In this document: positions 37,246 to 50,689 of the stretch, in pieces
Numbering within the stretch: the stretch's first letter is position 1
How the letters are laid out: every line of letters starts with the position of its first letter
From: Octopus sinensis
Lineage: Eukaryota
Assembly: GCF_006345805.1 (NCBI RefSeq)
Contig: NC_043012.1
Span: 52,762,001-52,826,000 of the forward strand
Length of the DNA stretch: 64,000 nt
Direction: 5' to 3'
Position numbers and translations under genes: made by a program
The notes under the pieces: model-generated
Told to the model about the DNA's origin: nothing
Databases searched by the model: none
Seen by the model: only the letters and a program-made list of their open reading frames with translations

Positions 37246-38264
37246 GGGTTATTTTTTATTCCTACAAATGTTTCATTAAGAATCTTTATTGTGATGTAAG
37301 CATAATACAGTCATGTATGCATTATGCACAGCTTCCATAAGATTACAGAATATGTTAAGTAAATCCCAACTCATCAGGAGGCTGATCTGTTAATTAATCA
37401 ACATGGTAGTTTATTTGGTTGACATATTTACATTTTTATTGTGTTTTTACGCCACCTTTTCGTGCTCAATTCATCGCTCAGTACATTTGGATACCATTGG
37501 AATGGTGGGTTACCGCACAACAGTGAACTTCTCTTCATCGATGCATTCCGTGTTATGATAATAGATTGCTTGACTGTTCTGCATCATCCTGCCTCGCCAA
37601 TTAGTGGCGTGTTTTGCTTTGATATATATGTGTACGTGTGTGGTAAAGGGTTTTGCATGTAACTGCGTGCAAATGATGTGAAACCATCTTGCGAACATTT
37701 AGTATTAAATTTTGTTTCACCATAAAAATAATTTTCGTGTGTGTCATGAATTAGAAAGTTGAAACATCAAGTCAACACAGTTGTATATATGACTCTGTAC
37801 CTATCGCAAATAGTCGATTACAAAAGCTCCGTACATAAGCTTGCCAATTCAAGAGAAAATATGCTCATGGGATTCATATCGGCCAACTATAAACGACGTA
37901 TCAAGGTTGAGACGGAGCCGTATAAACAACTACGGTTACAGCACGTGAGTGGGTAAAGCTGAACCGCGAGTTGCCACGCACTAAAAGGTTGACGCTAAAA
38001 ACAAACCTTTTTATGACTTTTGAGCAGAGACGTTCCAGAAGGATCTAGAATGACTTCTCAGGCGAAGTCTGGTGTTTGGTCTATAACTCGGCCTCTTATA
38101 TGAACAAGGTGTTGCCATGCCATGATTTCATCTTCGCAATCTGACGACTCGGTTTCGAGTCTTGTTACATACACACACACACACATATGTGTGTGTATAT
38201 ATACATACATTATATATATATGTGTGTGTGTGTGTGTGTATACATTATATATATATATATTATA

Positions 38265-38304
<40 letters not shown>

Positions 38305-38569
38305 ATAATAACAATAATCCTACGATGGAAATTATGGCGGCATAATGGAATAGGAGCCTTATTGTATATTTAAAAATATATAGACAGACAGATAGATAGA
38401 TAGATAGATATGCATGTACATATATACATATACGTTATATAAGGTGTCCCCAAAAACGTATACATACTTTAATAGCCGATAACGTGCATAATTATCATTG
38501 TTTTTTAGATCTAACCTTTAAGAAATAAAGAAGGGAGCCATACTAAGCTTTAATATAAAATGCTGTTTT

Positions 38570-38885
38570 ACCATCCATTAACAACCGGTGTTGTTTTGTT
38601 TACGTCCCCGTATGGAGGGACAAGCACAGACACACAAACATATACACTCATACGTACATATATATATATATATATATGTACACACACACACACATATATA
38701 TATATACATATACACACACATATATACGACGGGCTTCTTTCAGTTTCCGTCTACCAAATCCACTCACAAAGCTTCGGTCGACCCGAGGCTATAGTAGAAG
38801 ACACTTGCCCAGGGTGCCACGCAGTGGGACTGAACCTGGGATCCATGTGGTTGGTAAGCATGCTACTTACCACACAGCCACTCCT
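38570..38885 (-). mobile_element. SINE-A (3'-truncated)
   Basis: Family match. Confidence 0.8.
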
Positions 38886-39719
38886 ATTCATTATTTCTTT
38901 CTTATTCTATCTTATTCATTACTTCTCTTTCCTTCAAGATTCTTTCTAATTTTTACTAATTCTTTCCTATTCTTTTCTTCTTAGTTTTTATTCTTTCCTA
39001 GTCTTTCTTATTCATTTCTTATTCATTCCTATTCTTACTTATTCCTTTCTTATAAGTTTCTACTTACATCTTTTTATTTCATCTCTTTCGTTCTTATACC
39101 TATATTTTCTTCTCTATAAGAATCTTTCCGATCTTTTTCTTCACTTAATCTGTCTCATTCCTCTTCTGTTATTTTTCTACTGTCTTCTTCCTTCTCCTTT
39201 CTTTCTCATTTTCCTCTCTCTCTCTCTCTCTCTCGCTCTTTATTCTTTATCCACTTTTATTAATCTCCTTTTCTCTTCTCCTGGTTCATTCCTTATTTCT
39301 TTTGTTTCCCCTCCACCTTCCTCTATTTCATTCCTGCTTACCTCCCTTTATATCCTTTCACTCGTCTTCCATCTTGCTTTTTTACTCATTCGTCTCCGTT
39401 CTTCCTCCAGCTTCTATTTTTCTCTTTCTTCACATGCATTCACAACATCAGTCTCCCTCATCAACAAGGTCTCCTTTACATTTTTTCCTCTTGTCAAATC
39501 CCAATCAACTAAAAATACGACCAAGTCTAAGTTTAGTAATAACTCATTAGTATTTACAAGGAATCTTAGCATATTACATTGATTTCCAACTATTTCTTTG
39601 TCAATTTATGTCGTTTTTATAGCTTTTATTTCATTTTATCAACATTTTCCTTTGCTAATCAATTCCGTAGTAACTATGTAACTATTCTTATTAGAAATGC
39701 AGACATTATTAAATGCATT

Positions 39720-39769
39720 TGTGTATGTGTGCGTATAAACACGCATACGTATGTGTGCATTCATGTATG

Positions 39770-39812
<43 letters not shown>

Positions 39813-39944
39813 GTTTATGCATATATGCATGCCTCCTGTCTCTTTCTAAGTGCATATATATATGTGTGTGTGAGTGTGTGTGTGTGTGTGTTTGTGTGTA
39901 CATGCATATAAAGTATGTATACATGTATATATACATATATATGA

Positions 39945-39983
<39 letters not shown>

Positions 39984-40400
39984 CGTGCATATATATATAT
40001 ATATATATACATATACGTCTATATGTATGTATATGTGCATATATGTATATGTGCATATATACATGTATACATGTATATATACATATATATACATATACGT
40101 GTATATATATATATATATGTATACGTGTATTATATATATATATATATATATATACGTATACGTATATACATATACGTATATATGTATGTATATGTGCATA
40201 TATAAGTATGTATACATGTATTTATACATATATATAAATATATACACATACGTGTGTATATATATATACATATACGTATATAAATATACCTATAATACCT
40301 ATATATGTATGAATATTTGCGTGTATGTGTGCGTGTGTGTATTCATAGATGTATGAATATATCTATGAATATATATGTTTGTGTGTGTAAGTGTGTGTTA
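39720..40400. repeat. (TA)n/(TG)n low-complexity block
   Basis: Direct inspection. Similar blocks at ~43920-44440 and ~46140-46520. Confidence 0.95.
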
Positions 40401-41074
40401 AAAAAAATAGCAGATTTGCTTCCATTAAACTGATTCCAGAAAGATATTCACCAATTATGATAAATATATCTATGGTAAGCTGCAATTGATGCTATATATA
40501 CTACATATGAATAAAGATTAATTTAAAACGGAGATAGAGAAGATGGTGATGAAGAGAGAGAGTGAGAGACTAGTGGGAAACATAGAAAAACGGAGCGGGG
40601 AAAACCGTTTCCCTCCCTTGAAAAAATACCAAGAGAATAAAACAGCTTCCAGATATTTCTCTAATATTTCCTTATTGAAATGGAAATAAAGAAAAATAGT
40701 AAATAAATAAGTGCATGAGTGAATAAGGAAAAGCAAAACAAATAATATTCCTAGGAATTTTTTCTTGCACCACGAAGATGCTAAAAATTCCTTATTAAGA
40801 GTCACTAAATAATTAAAGAGTCTAAAATAAATAATTATTGCTGATACGGAGCTTTATTTTTTTTATCTTAATTTTTATGTTGTTTTCATAGTTTTCTTCT
40901 CTTTTTTTTTGTTTTTTTTTTTTTTGTGCATATTCCGAAAGAATTTTCTGTTTGTGGATTGGCAGATTCGTTAGTGCGTCGGGAAAAAAAATCCCTTGAG
41001 ATATTTGTTTCAGCTGTTTACGCTTTGAGTTCAAATCCAGCTGATGCCAAGTTTTGCTTAACATCTTACCGGGT

Positions 41075-41445
41075 AATGAGTGAAAAAGTACGATCGCGAA
41101 TACAGGTGGCCGACATGGTTCGGAAACGGATCCGCCAATGGATCTCTGGAATAACATTACTTGGCAATGTAATGCGATCAGGAAATCCATCCAGATCGAG
41201 CCGCTACATCTCCGCACTGAGAAGCTACATGTGATTAAGAGAGAACCACAAATAGACTGCTAAATCGGAGCGAACCGGCAGGAGACCTAGGGGTAGACTA
41301 AGAACGAAATGGTTGGATAATATCCATATTTTCAGTTGGACACGCTTAACAATCCACCCGGAAAGAAAACGCATAAGAGGTAGAAGCGAGGAAGCTCTTT
41401 CGCGGGCGGTGGTGGCCACCGCTGCCTCGGCGGAAGGAAGGCGGA
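41075..41445 (+). mobile_element. RTE-clade (Expander/Rex3-like) LINE 3' fragment
   Basis: LGNVMR...GRRPRGRLRTKWLDNIHIFSWTRLTIHPE resembles the RTE C-terminal GRRPRGRPRTRW.D....W.RL motif. Confidence 0.65.
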
Positions 41446-41450
41446 AAGAG

Positions 41451-41686
41451 TTATTTCTTTACTTTACTACCCACAAGGGGCTAAACACAGAGGGGACAAA
41501 CAAGGACAGACAAAGGGATTAAGTCGATTACATCGACCCCAGTGCGTAACTGGTACTTAATTTATCGACCCCGAAAGGATGAAAGGCAAAGTCGACCACG
41601 GCGGAATTTGAACTCAGAACGTAACGGCAGACGAAATACCGCTAAGCATTTCGAACGGCGTGCTAACGATTCTGCCAGCTCGCCGA
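41451..41686 (-). mobile_element. Full-length monomeric composite SINE-B (head, body, tail)
   Basis: Starts GGCGAGCTGGCAG and ends with tail ...GTAAAGAAATA, abutting the RTE fragment. Confidence 0.8.
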
Positions 41687-42114
41687 CTTTAAAGGCGGAA
41701 AGAATTATTTCTTGTAGGATCCTGTATGTTAAAGACTGAAAAAGAACTCCATCGGGTCCAACATGGGTTGTTTCTTGTAGGACCCTATGGAGGTTCCTCT
41801 GATGACTCTGCACCAAAGTATCTCCCAGTAATAGCGCCAGAGAAAATGGGTGAATCTTTCCCGAGTAGATGAAATGAAGTATCGGAATCAATGTAATCGG
41901 CTAACTGCTCTGCCTCCTCTCCAATAATTCTAGCCTTATGCCTATTTGAAAAACAACTGAAGGATCTAACTGTTTTACTCGAACAGAACATTTTAACTTT
42001 GCAGGATTGTGGCATTCTACGAATTCTGTCGGTCTTATGTTTTACCTCCGTGCTGTTGTTATTATGTTTTTCAGAACACAAGTTTAATTAATTAATAATA
42101 ATAAGATGAAAAAA

Positions 42115-42278
42115 TTATTAGCTTGCTTACGAACCACATGGTTCCGTGTTCAGTCCCACTGCGTGGTACCTTGGGCAGGTGTCTTCTACTATAGCCTCAG
42201 GCCGGCCTTAGCCTTGTGAGTGGATTTGGTAGACGGAAACTCAAAGAAGCCTGTCGTATATATGTATATATATATGTA

Positions 42279-42335
<57 letters not shown>

Positions 42336-42545
42336 TTGTGTTTCTGTGTTTGGCCCCCAGCATCGCTTGACAAGCTAAGTTACGGGGACGTAAACACACC
42401 AGCATCGCTTGTCAAGAATAAACCCCTAGTATTTATTCTATCGATAGAATAAATACTAGGCTTACAAGTCCTGGGGTCGATTTTCTCGATTAAAGGCGGT
42501 GCTCCAGCATGGCCACAGTCAAATGACTGAAACAAATAAAAGAGT
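42115..42545 (+). mobile_element. SINE-A with internal inversion and palindrome
   Basis: Family match with rearranged 42370-42460. Confidence 0.8.
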
Positions 42546-42659
42546 AAGCTAACTGTATACCTAATATTTTTTATCTAATCTGTACTTGACAAGAACTGCC
42601 GACATCCCTAATATATTCTAATCTTATTAAACCCCCTCAAAAAAAAAAAAAAAAAAATT

Positions 42660-43415
42660 TCTAATATTGGTTTCAAACTTTGACACAAGGACAGTAATTC
42701 TAGGAGAGGGGTGAGTTTATTACATTGAACCCAATACCCAAATGGTTGCTTATTTTATCGACACCCTAAAGGATGAAAGGCTAATTCAAACTCGGCGTGA
42801 AATGATCTCAGTACGAAAAGACAGAAGAAATACCTATTTCTTTACTACCCACAAGGGGCTAAACACAGAGAGGACAAACAAGGACAGACAAAGAGATTAA
42901 GTCGATTATATCGACCCCAGTGCCTAACTGGTACTTATTTAATAGAACCCGAAAGGATGAAAGCACAGTCGACATCGGCGGAATTTGATCTCAGAACGTA
43001 GCGACGGGCGAAAAGACAGAGGAAATACCTAATTTTTTACTACCCACAAGGGGCTAAACACAGAGAGGACAAACAAGGACAGACAAAGGGATTAAGTCGA
43101 TTATACCGACCTCAGTGCGTAACTGCTACTTAATTTATCGACCCCGAAAGGATGAAAGGCAAAGTCGACCTCGGCGGAATTTGATCTCAGAACGTAAAGA
43201 CGGACGAAATACCTATTTCTTTACTACCTGCAAGGGGCTAAACACAGAGAGAACAAACAAGGACAGACAAACGGATTAAGTCGATTATATCGACCTCAGT
43301 GCGTAACTGGTACTTAATTTATCGACCCCGAAAGGATGAAAGGCAAAGTCGACCTCGGCGGAATTTGAACTCAGTACGAAAAGACAGACGAAATGCCGCT
43401 AAGCATTTGCTCCGG
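42660..43415 (-). mobile_element. SINE-B array (3 tails)
   Basis: Tails near 42832, 43025 and 43210. Confidence 0.8.
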
Positions 43416-43679
43416 CGTTCTAACGATTCTGCCTATATTAATATTAATACCAACACCACCGCCAGCAAACTAACGACAGCAACGCCATTATCAATGCCTG
43501 TTAACTTCTATGAACTAAGCGTCACTGTTTTATCTGTGACTGTTACTGCTGTCTTTGTTGCTTCCGATGTTTTATTGTTGCTATTGTTGCTATTGTTGAT
43601 TTTGCTATTTTGTTGTTCTTTTTTTTTGTGTTCAAGCCCAATCTAGAAGAGAGGAGTCATAAAACGTATATGCAACTAC

Positions 43680-43725
<46 letters not shown>

Positions 43726-43919
43726 GGTTGCTTATTTTATCGACACCCTAAAGGATGAAAGGCTAATTCAAACTCGGCGTGAAATGATCTCAGTACGAAA
43801 AGACAGAGGAAATACCTATTTCTTTACTACCCACAAGGGGCTAAACACAGAGAGGAGAAACAAGGACAGACAAAGAGATTAAGTCGATTATATCGACCCC
43901 AGTGCCTAACTGGTACTTA

Positions 43920-43979
<60 letters not shown>

Positions 43980-44030
43980 GTATATGTATGTATGTATATA
44001 TATGTAAGTATATATTATATATGTATTATG

Positions 44031-44075
<45 letters not shown>

Positions 44076-44271
44076 GTATATATATATGTATATATATATG
44101 TATATATATATATGTATTATATATATATATATATAATATTATATATATATATGTATATATATACATATATAATATATATATATATGTATATATATATACA
44201 TATACATACCTATGTATATATATATAAACATACATACTATATATATATTGTATGTATGTATTCATAAATAA

Positions 44272-44323
<52 letters not shown>

Positions 44324-44345
44324 ACATAAATACATACATAAATAA

Positions 44346-44388
<43 letters not shown>

Positions 44389-44530
44389 AGTATGTATACA
44401 TAAATACATACATACGTGTGTATGTGTATATATATATAGGGAGAATTCCCAAAAAGAAAACAAAAGACGAAGACAGGTGGTGTAGACAACAAACAGATGT
44501 ATTAGTATAGCGCTCGGGAAGTGAAAAAGT

Positions 44531-44566
44531 CTTTAACGTTTCGAGCCTACGCTCTTCCACAGAAAG
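44531..44566 (-). ncRNA. Minimal hammerhead-like motif (variant core)
   Basis: CUUU CUGUGGA A GAGC GUAG GCUC GAAAC GUU AAAG. Confidence 0.55.
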
Positions 44567-44907
44567 AAAAGGCAGAAAGTACAAAAATGTTTAAAAAGTA
44601 TGGAAAGGTTACGAAAAGTTCAAAAGGTTCAAAAGCTTCAAACGTCGTTGTGTATTGGAGCAATTTTTCATCAACAGAGGTGTCCAGTGTAATCCATAGG
44701 CAGGAGAGGTGCAGCTGAAGTGTAGAAAGTCCAGTAGAGAATCCGTAAAAGTTCGTGGATGGTGAGAGGAGACAGGATCAACTGATGCGACCACGTGAGC
44801 GTGTAATATATGGGGAGAATTCACAAAAGAAAAAAAGCAAAAGACGAAGACAGGTGGTGTAGACAACAAACAGATGTATCAGTATAACGCTTGGGAAGTG
44901 AAAAAGT

Positions 44908-44943
44908 TTTTAACGTTTCGAGCCTACGCTCTTCCACCGAAAG
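44908..44943 (-). ncRNA. Minimal hammerhead-like motif (variant core), tandem partner
   Basis: CUUU CGGUGGA A GAGC GUAG GCUC GAAAC GUU AAAA, 377 nt from the previous copy. Confidence 0.5.
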
Positions 44944-45105
44944 GAACATAGAAATAAAAAGCAGAAACTACAAATACACACACACATATATAAATTAAAT
45001 AATGAGGGTAGAAATTAATATTATTAAATAATATCAATTTAAACCAGTGGTCTAGCATACTTAAAATATATATATATTTATATATATTTATATATATATA
45101 TATAT

Positions 45106-45220
<115 letters not shown>

Positions 45221-45414
45221 TAGATATAGATATGAGTCAGTAAATGGTGGGGTTGTGTTACCGCACGTCGAGAAATGATAGGAAAGGAAACATAAGGCAT
45301 TATAAAATAATAATAATAATAGCATTCTGCCTTATTATTATTATTTTTCCTATATATATATTATATATATATATATATATATAGATATATATATATATAT
45401 ATATATAATATATA

Positions 45415-45450
<36 letters not shown>

Positions 45451-46209
45451 TACTTTGTCGAAAAATAAGAAATGATTCCATTACAGAACAGAATTGAACG
45501 ATAAAAATGTGGCCAAAGTTGTTTCCTTATTTCTTTTAAAGTTCCTGACGCCCTTTAAAGCGAACATAAACAGAGTACAATTCCTGAGATATCTAGCGCT
45601 TCACAATTGGCTGACTGATGAGGTACCATGCGTTAGAATGCTTTTTTGTAAATGGGGTCGTTTGCCCTTAATCATTTAATACTCGCTTGACAAAACTGAA
45701 GATGAGCCAGTAAACGTACTTTCTATGGTTTACATATACCAACAGCAAATGTTAGGGGTCTATAAATGGCTGATTTGTTACCTGCAACTGATGAAGCTTA
45801 CCCACGCAAAAATACGTGTCATAGAATCCAATGACGTCATTCATGGCTCTCTGTGCGCTTTTACACGAATAGTCTATAAAGGGAACTTACCTTCAGCGAG
45901 AGATATCTACATTTGAGTATACACGAACGTTTTAAATATAAATGCGCACGCCCTTGGTTTAATCATCGCTGTTCAATGCACCTTTGACACACACAAACAC
46001 ACACACACACACACACAGACACACACGAGTAAGAACATAAATGTAAAACAATGGGGAAAACTTGGTAGTCGATACCGAATGCTTTTTTATTAAAGCTGCA
46101 AAGGCAATTTTTTGTGATGTTTTTGCAGTTTTAATAAAAAAAGTGTGTATATATATGTATATATATATGTGTGTATGTATATGTATATATATATATGTGT
46201 GTGTGTGTG

Positions 46210-46315
<106 letters not shown>

Positions 46316-46336
46316 ATGTATATATGTGTGCGTGTG

Positions 46337-46373
<37 letters not shown>

Positions 46374-47003
46374 GTGTGTGTATATATATGTGTGTGTGTG
46401 TGTACGTATATATATATATGTGTGTGTGTGTGTAGTGTGTGTGTATATATGTGTGTGTGTGTGTGTATGTGTGTGTATATGTGTGTGTGTATGTGTGTGT
46501 TTTGTGTGTGTGTGTGTATTAATCTCTATAAAAGAGGGAAGTAGTAATCGTGTAACTTTCACAGAAATATCCTGTAACAGACCCCAAATAGTAATCCAAT
46601 AAGGCGGAGAGTAATGCGAAATTCCATGCAGCCGAAATCCAGGAGATTCGGATTTCTGACCCAGCAAGCTAATTTTACTTAGTTTGGGTCTCCTGTACAA
46701 TGTGTATACAAAGGGAAAATTTTATATGCATGCTTAGAGTTGAATCGTTGATGCAACCATAATGTTCTAGTGATCTGATGAGCCAGCTTCCTTTATTTGT
46801 ATTGATTTGTGAATATACAATAGTATTGTACAATGTGTAGGATGGATAATAATGCGGGCCTGTAAATATGATTTATATGTCTGCAGTATTTACTCAGGTA
46901 GGATGGAAATGGGCATGAACGAGAAAGCTCGGCTACTGACAATTTACACCGTCGTAAGTCGAGATTTTTTAGAAATAAATGTTTTATATGTACTGCATTC
47001 TTG

Positions 47004-47305
47004 TGGAGGCACATGGCCTAGTGGTTAGAGCAGCGGACTCGCGGTCGAGGGAGCGCGGGTTCGAATCTAGGACCTGGTGATGTGTGTGTTTATGAGTGAA
47101 ACACCTAAGCTCCACGCGGCTCCGGCAGAAGGTAATGGCGAACTTCTGCTGACTCTTTCGCCACAACTTTCTCTCACTCTTTCCTCCTGCATCTTGCAGC
47201 TCACCTGCAACGGATCGGTGACCCGTCCAGGTGGGGAACCTATACGCCAAGGAAACTGGGGAAACCGGCCCTTATGAGCCAGGCATGGCTCGAGAAGGAA
47301 CAAAC
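47004..47305 (+). mobile_element. SINE-C
   Basis: Close match to 2009-2313. Confidence 0.85.
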
Positions 47306-47574
47306 AAGTACTGCAAGAAATTATCGTCAAATGTAACGATATCGATAACACCACTAATAGACATACATAGTCAGTTGCCCTATTTAACGACAGCAGCACT
47401 TGGCTCTTAAACGCTTATTCGCCAGTCCATGTTGTTAGAAGCATTCGGGCCGAAACTCTGGTTTGAGGATAAGTAATCAGTCACGTGTTCATCATCCCTT
47501 TCTTTCTTCCTTTAGACAATCTATAAAAGATGTTCTCGGGTCACGACTAACCAGCAATAAAAATTACCGCAAGC

Positions 47575-48645
47575 TCTATAAATATTGGTTTCAAATTTTG
47601 AGTACAAGACCAGCAATTTAGGGGGACGAGGTAAGTCGATTAGATTATACCCAATGCTCAGCTGAGACTTATTCTTCGATTCTAAAGGATGAAAGGGAAA
47701 GTCGACTTCGGCAGCATTTGAACTCACAACGTTAATTCAGAAGAAACGCAGCTAAGCATCTTTTTTGTGGGGCGCTAGCGATTCTGCCAGCTCACTTGCA
47801 ATCCCTAAAAATATTGGTTTCAAAATTTAGCACAATGCCAGCAATTGAGGGGGAGGGGTAAGTGAATTTCATTGACTCCAGTACTCAGCTGGTACATATT
47901 TTATCGACTCCAATAGAACGAGAGAGGAAAGTCAACCTCGGTGGAATTTGAAGTCAGAACTTAAAGACGGACGAAATACTGCCAAGTATTTTTCCGGCGT
48001 GTTAAAGTTTCTTATTTCTTTATTGCCCACAAGGGGCTAAACATAGAGGGGACAAACAAGGAGAGACAAACTGATTAAGTAGATTATATCGACCACAGTG
48101 CGTAACTGGTACTTATTTAATTGACCCCGAAAGGATGAAAAGCAAAGTCAACCTTGACGGAATTTGAACTCAGAACGTAGCGGCAGACAAAATACCGCTA
48201 AATATTTCGCCCGGCGTGCTACCGATTCTGCCAGCTCGCCAATATTTATTTCTTCATTGCCCACAGGGGGATAAACATAGAGGGGGAAAACAAAGGAATT
48301 AAGTCTATCACATCGATCCCAGTGCGTAACTGGTATTTATTTAATCGACCCCGAAAGGATGAAAAGCAAAGTCGATCGCGGTGGAATTTGAACTTAGAAC
48401 GTAACGAAATACCTATTTCTTTACTACCCACAAGGGGCTACACACAGAGGGGACAAACAAGGACAGACAAACGGATTAAATCGATTATATCGACCCCAGT
48501 GCGTAACTGGTACTTAATTTATCGACCCCGAAAGGATAAAAGGCAAAGTGGACCTCGGCGGAATTTGAACTCAGAACATAATGGCAGACGAAATACCGCT
48601 AAGCAATTCGCTCGGCGTGCTAACGATTATGCCAGCTCACCGTTT
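47575..48645 (-). mobile_element. Cluster of SINE-B copies and composite units
   Basis: Several heads, bodies and tails; one tail joins at AGAAACTTTAAC of a head (~48005-48015). Confidence 0.75.
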
Positions 48646-49724
48646 TACAAATATTAACCCCAGATTACCAGCACTAATGCCGCTATTTCTTTTATTATCA
48701 CTAATGCATAAAGGCCACTACGTACACAGTTGCAACAAGCAATACTACTAACACCACTATCATCAATAAAACCACTCACCATACTACTATTAACACATCT
48801 ACCATCATGTATGCCACTTCTATCTCTACTACCACTAGGGGTTCAACGCTACTGCCTACGCAACAAAAATCGACTTACCCCTCCCCCGAAATTGCTAGCC
48901 ATGTGACAAAATTTCAAACCATTATTACATCTACCGTCACCATTACCACCACCAATAAGAACAGGAGTAGAGGTGCAATGACCCAGTGGTTAGGGCAGCG
49001 GATTTGCCGTCGTAAGAACACGGCTTCGATTCCCAGACCGGGCATTGTGAGTGTTTATTGAGCAAAAACACCTAAGCTCCTCGAGGCTCCGGCGGGGGTG
49101 GGGGGTGGATCCCGCTTTACTCTTTCATTACAACTTTCACTCTTTCTTCCTACTTCTGCTACAAAGCAGAGGAACCATGGTGTAACCCACAATGGTGTGC
49201 TAAACTTTCAGAACCTAGTCTAGATTGCGAATCCTCTGTACCCCAGGATGGTTCAGATCTCCACTCGTTAAAAGCCACTGTTTATGGAATGAGGATAACA
49301 ACGTAGCTTTCGCGCCTGTGCAACCACCAGTCTATCAGATGTGGTGGGTTGATCTTGAAGTAGCCACACGCATTCTTAGTAGCTTCGAGTAGGCTTGAAT
49401 TAGAGATTATTCTTTGTGGCTAATGGCGTGAGTCCTGATTGGGAGAAGAAGACAACAACGGGAACACCCTGCTTTCTTTGGAACTGTAACAGTTGTTCAA
49501 CAACTGACACTAACCGATAAACACTGTCATTGATAAGCAGACTACACGGAACCTATTGACAAAAATAGTATTCTTGTAGAATTCTTCTGGAAATTACAAA
49601 CAATCTTTATTGAATCAAAGTAGCAGTACTTCAACGCTAAATATCGAGCTTAAAGTATTTCTAAATATTTGCTAAGCAAATTATGATTAAATCTTAGACC
49701 TTTTGAAGTTATCTTTACATGCAG

Positions 49725-50070
49725 ATGAGGATATGTGGTAAGAAGCTTGCTTCTCAACCACATGGCTCCGAGTTCAATCCCACCGCATGGCATCTTAGGC
49801 AAGTGTCTTCTTCTATAGCCTCGGGCCGACCAAAGTCTTGTGAGTGAACTTAGTAACTGAAATTAGAAACTGAAAGAAAATGTGTTGGTGTGTTTATGTC
49901 CTCGTTATCTAGCGCTTCGACAAAATTGTCCGATAAAATAAGTACCAGGTTTTAACGAAAATAAGTACTGGGATAGATATTCTCTCGACTAAAGTTCCTC
50001 AAGGAGGTACTCTAGCATGGCCGCAGTCCAATGACTGAAATAAGTAAAAGATAAAGGATAAAGGATGCTT
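49725..50070 (+). mobile_element. SINE-A, degenerate, with an empty target site
   Basis: GTGGTAAGAAGCTTGCTTCTCAACCACATGG is uninterrupted at ~49735-49765. Confidence 0.75.
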
Positions 50071-50614
50071 CAAAGACAGTTTCTACGCGCTGGATTGATC
50101 TGCTAATAATACCAGCTAATCTTCTTTAGATCGCACTCCACCGTCTAATGTTATCTTGGATATACAATATAAGGGATGGCCAAAGCTGGAATATATTTCA
50201 TCATTATGTTCCATTCAGGCTAACTTAATATTAAACAAAAGCCTCTACGTTGTCGCTCGACTTGCTAGAAATAGAAGCCTAATCTACCTTATGATCGACC
50301 CTACTCTGTTTTTCTTTTTAAAGGAACACACTATACTTGAGATAGCTGAGATGGTTATGGCTGGAATGCTTGTAGTCATAGTTTTTGCTCGATGTGGGCT
50401 GGCATAGAGTTACAAACAACGAGAGAATATATTGAAAAAGATCTACGTTGATTGACCAGAGATCGTTTTGTCTGTCTACCTATATATTTTCATTCATTTA
50501 TCCGCTTCATAACACAACAGAGGTTGGACAGTAATTTCTCCAACAAATTGTTTTAATACGGTCGTATGAAGTAGTGTTTTCATGTTAAGGAATGACAGCG
50601 GTTAAGAAAAGCAC

Positions 50615-50689
<75 letters not shown>

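Larger units (their letters stand above)
44439..44990 (-). mobile_element. Penelope-related or retrozyme-like element: two ~130-bp hammerhead-bearing direct repeats
   Basis: Direct repeats at ~44439-44570 and ~44813-44945 (GGGAGAATT...GACGAAGACAGGTGGTGTAGACAACAAACAGATG...), flanked by (TA)n-rich sequence. Confidence 0.6.

Noticed and set aside
38141-38162. CUGACGA followed by a hairpin
   Set aside because: No GAAA or stem III follows; it is a simple GACTCG/CGAGTC hairpin.
45690-45825. CUGAAGA (45696) and CUGAUGA (45788) hammerhead-core matches
   Set aside because: GAAA is replaced (UAAA, AAAA) and stem II is absent or only 2 bp. They may be relics but cannot be supported.
47004-47080. tRNA-like A/B boxes (many copies in the window)
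   Set aside because: They continue into shared SINE bodies and lack a complete cloverleaf with acceptor stem, so they are SINE heads rather than tRNA genes.
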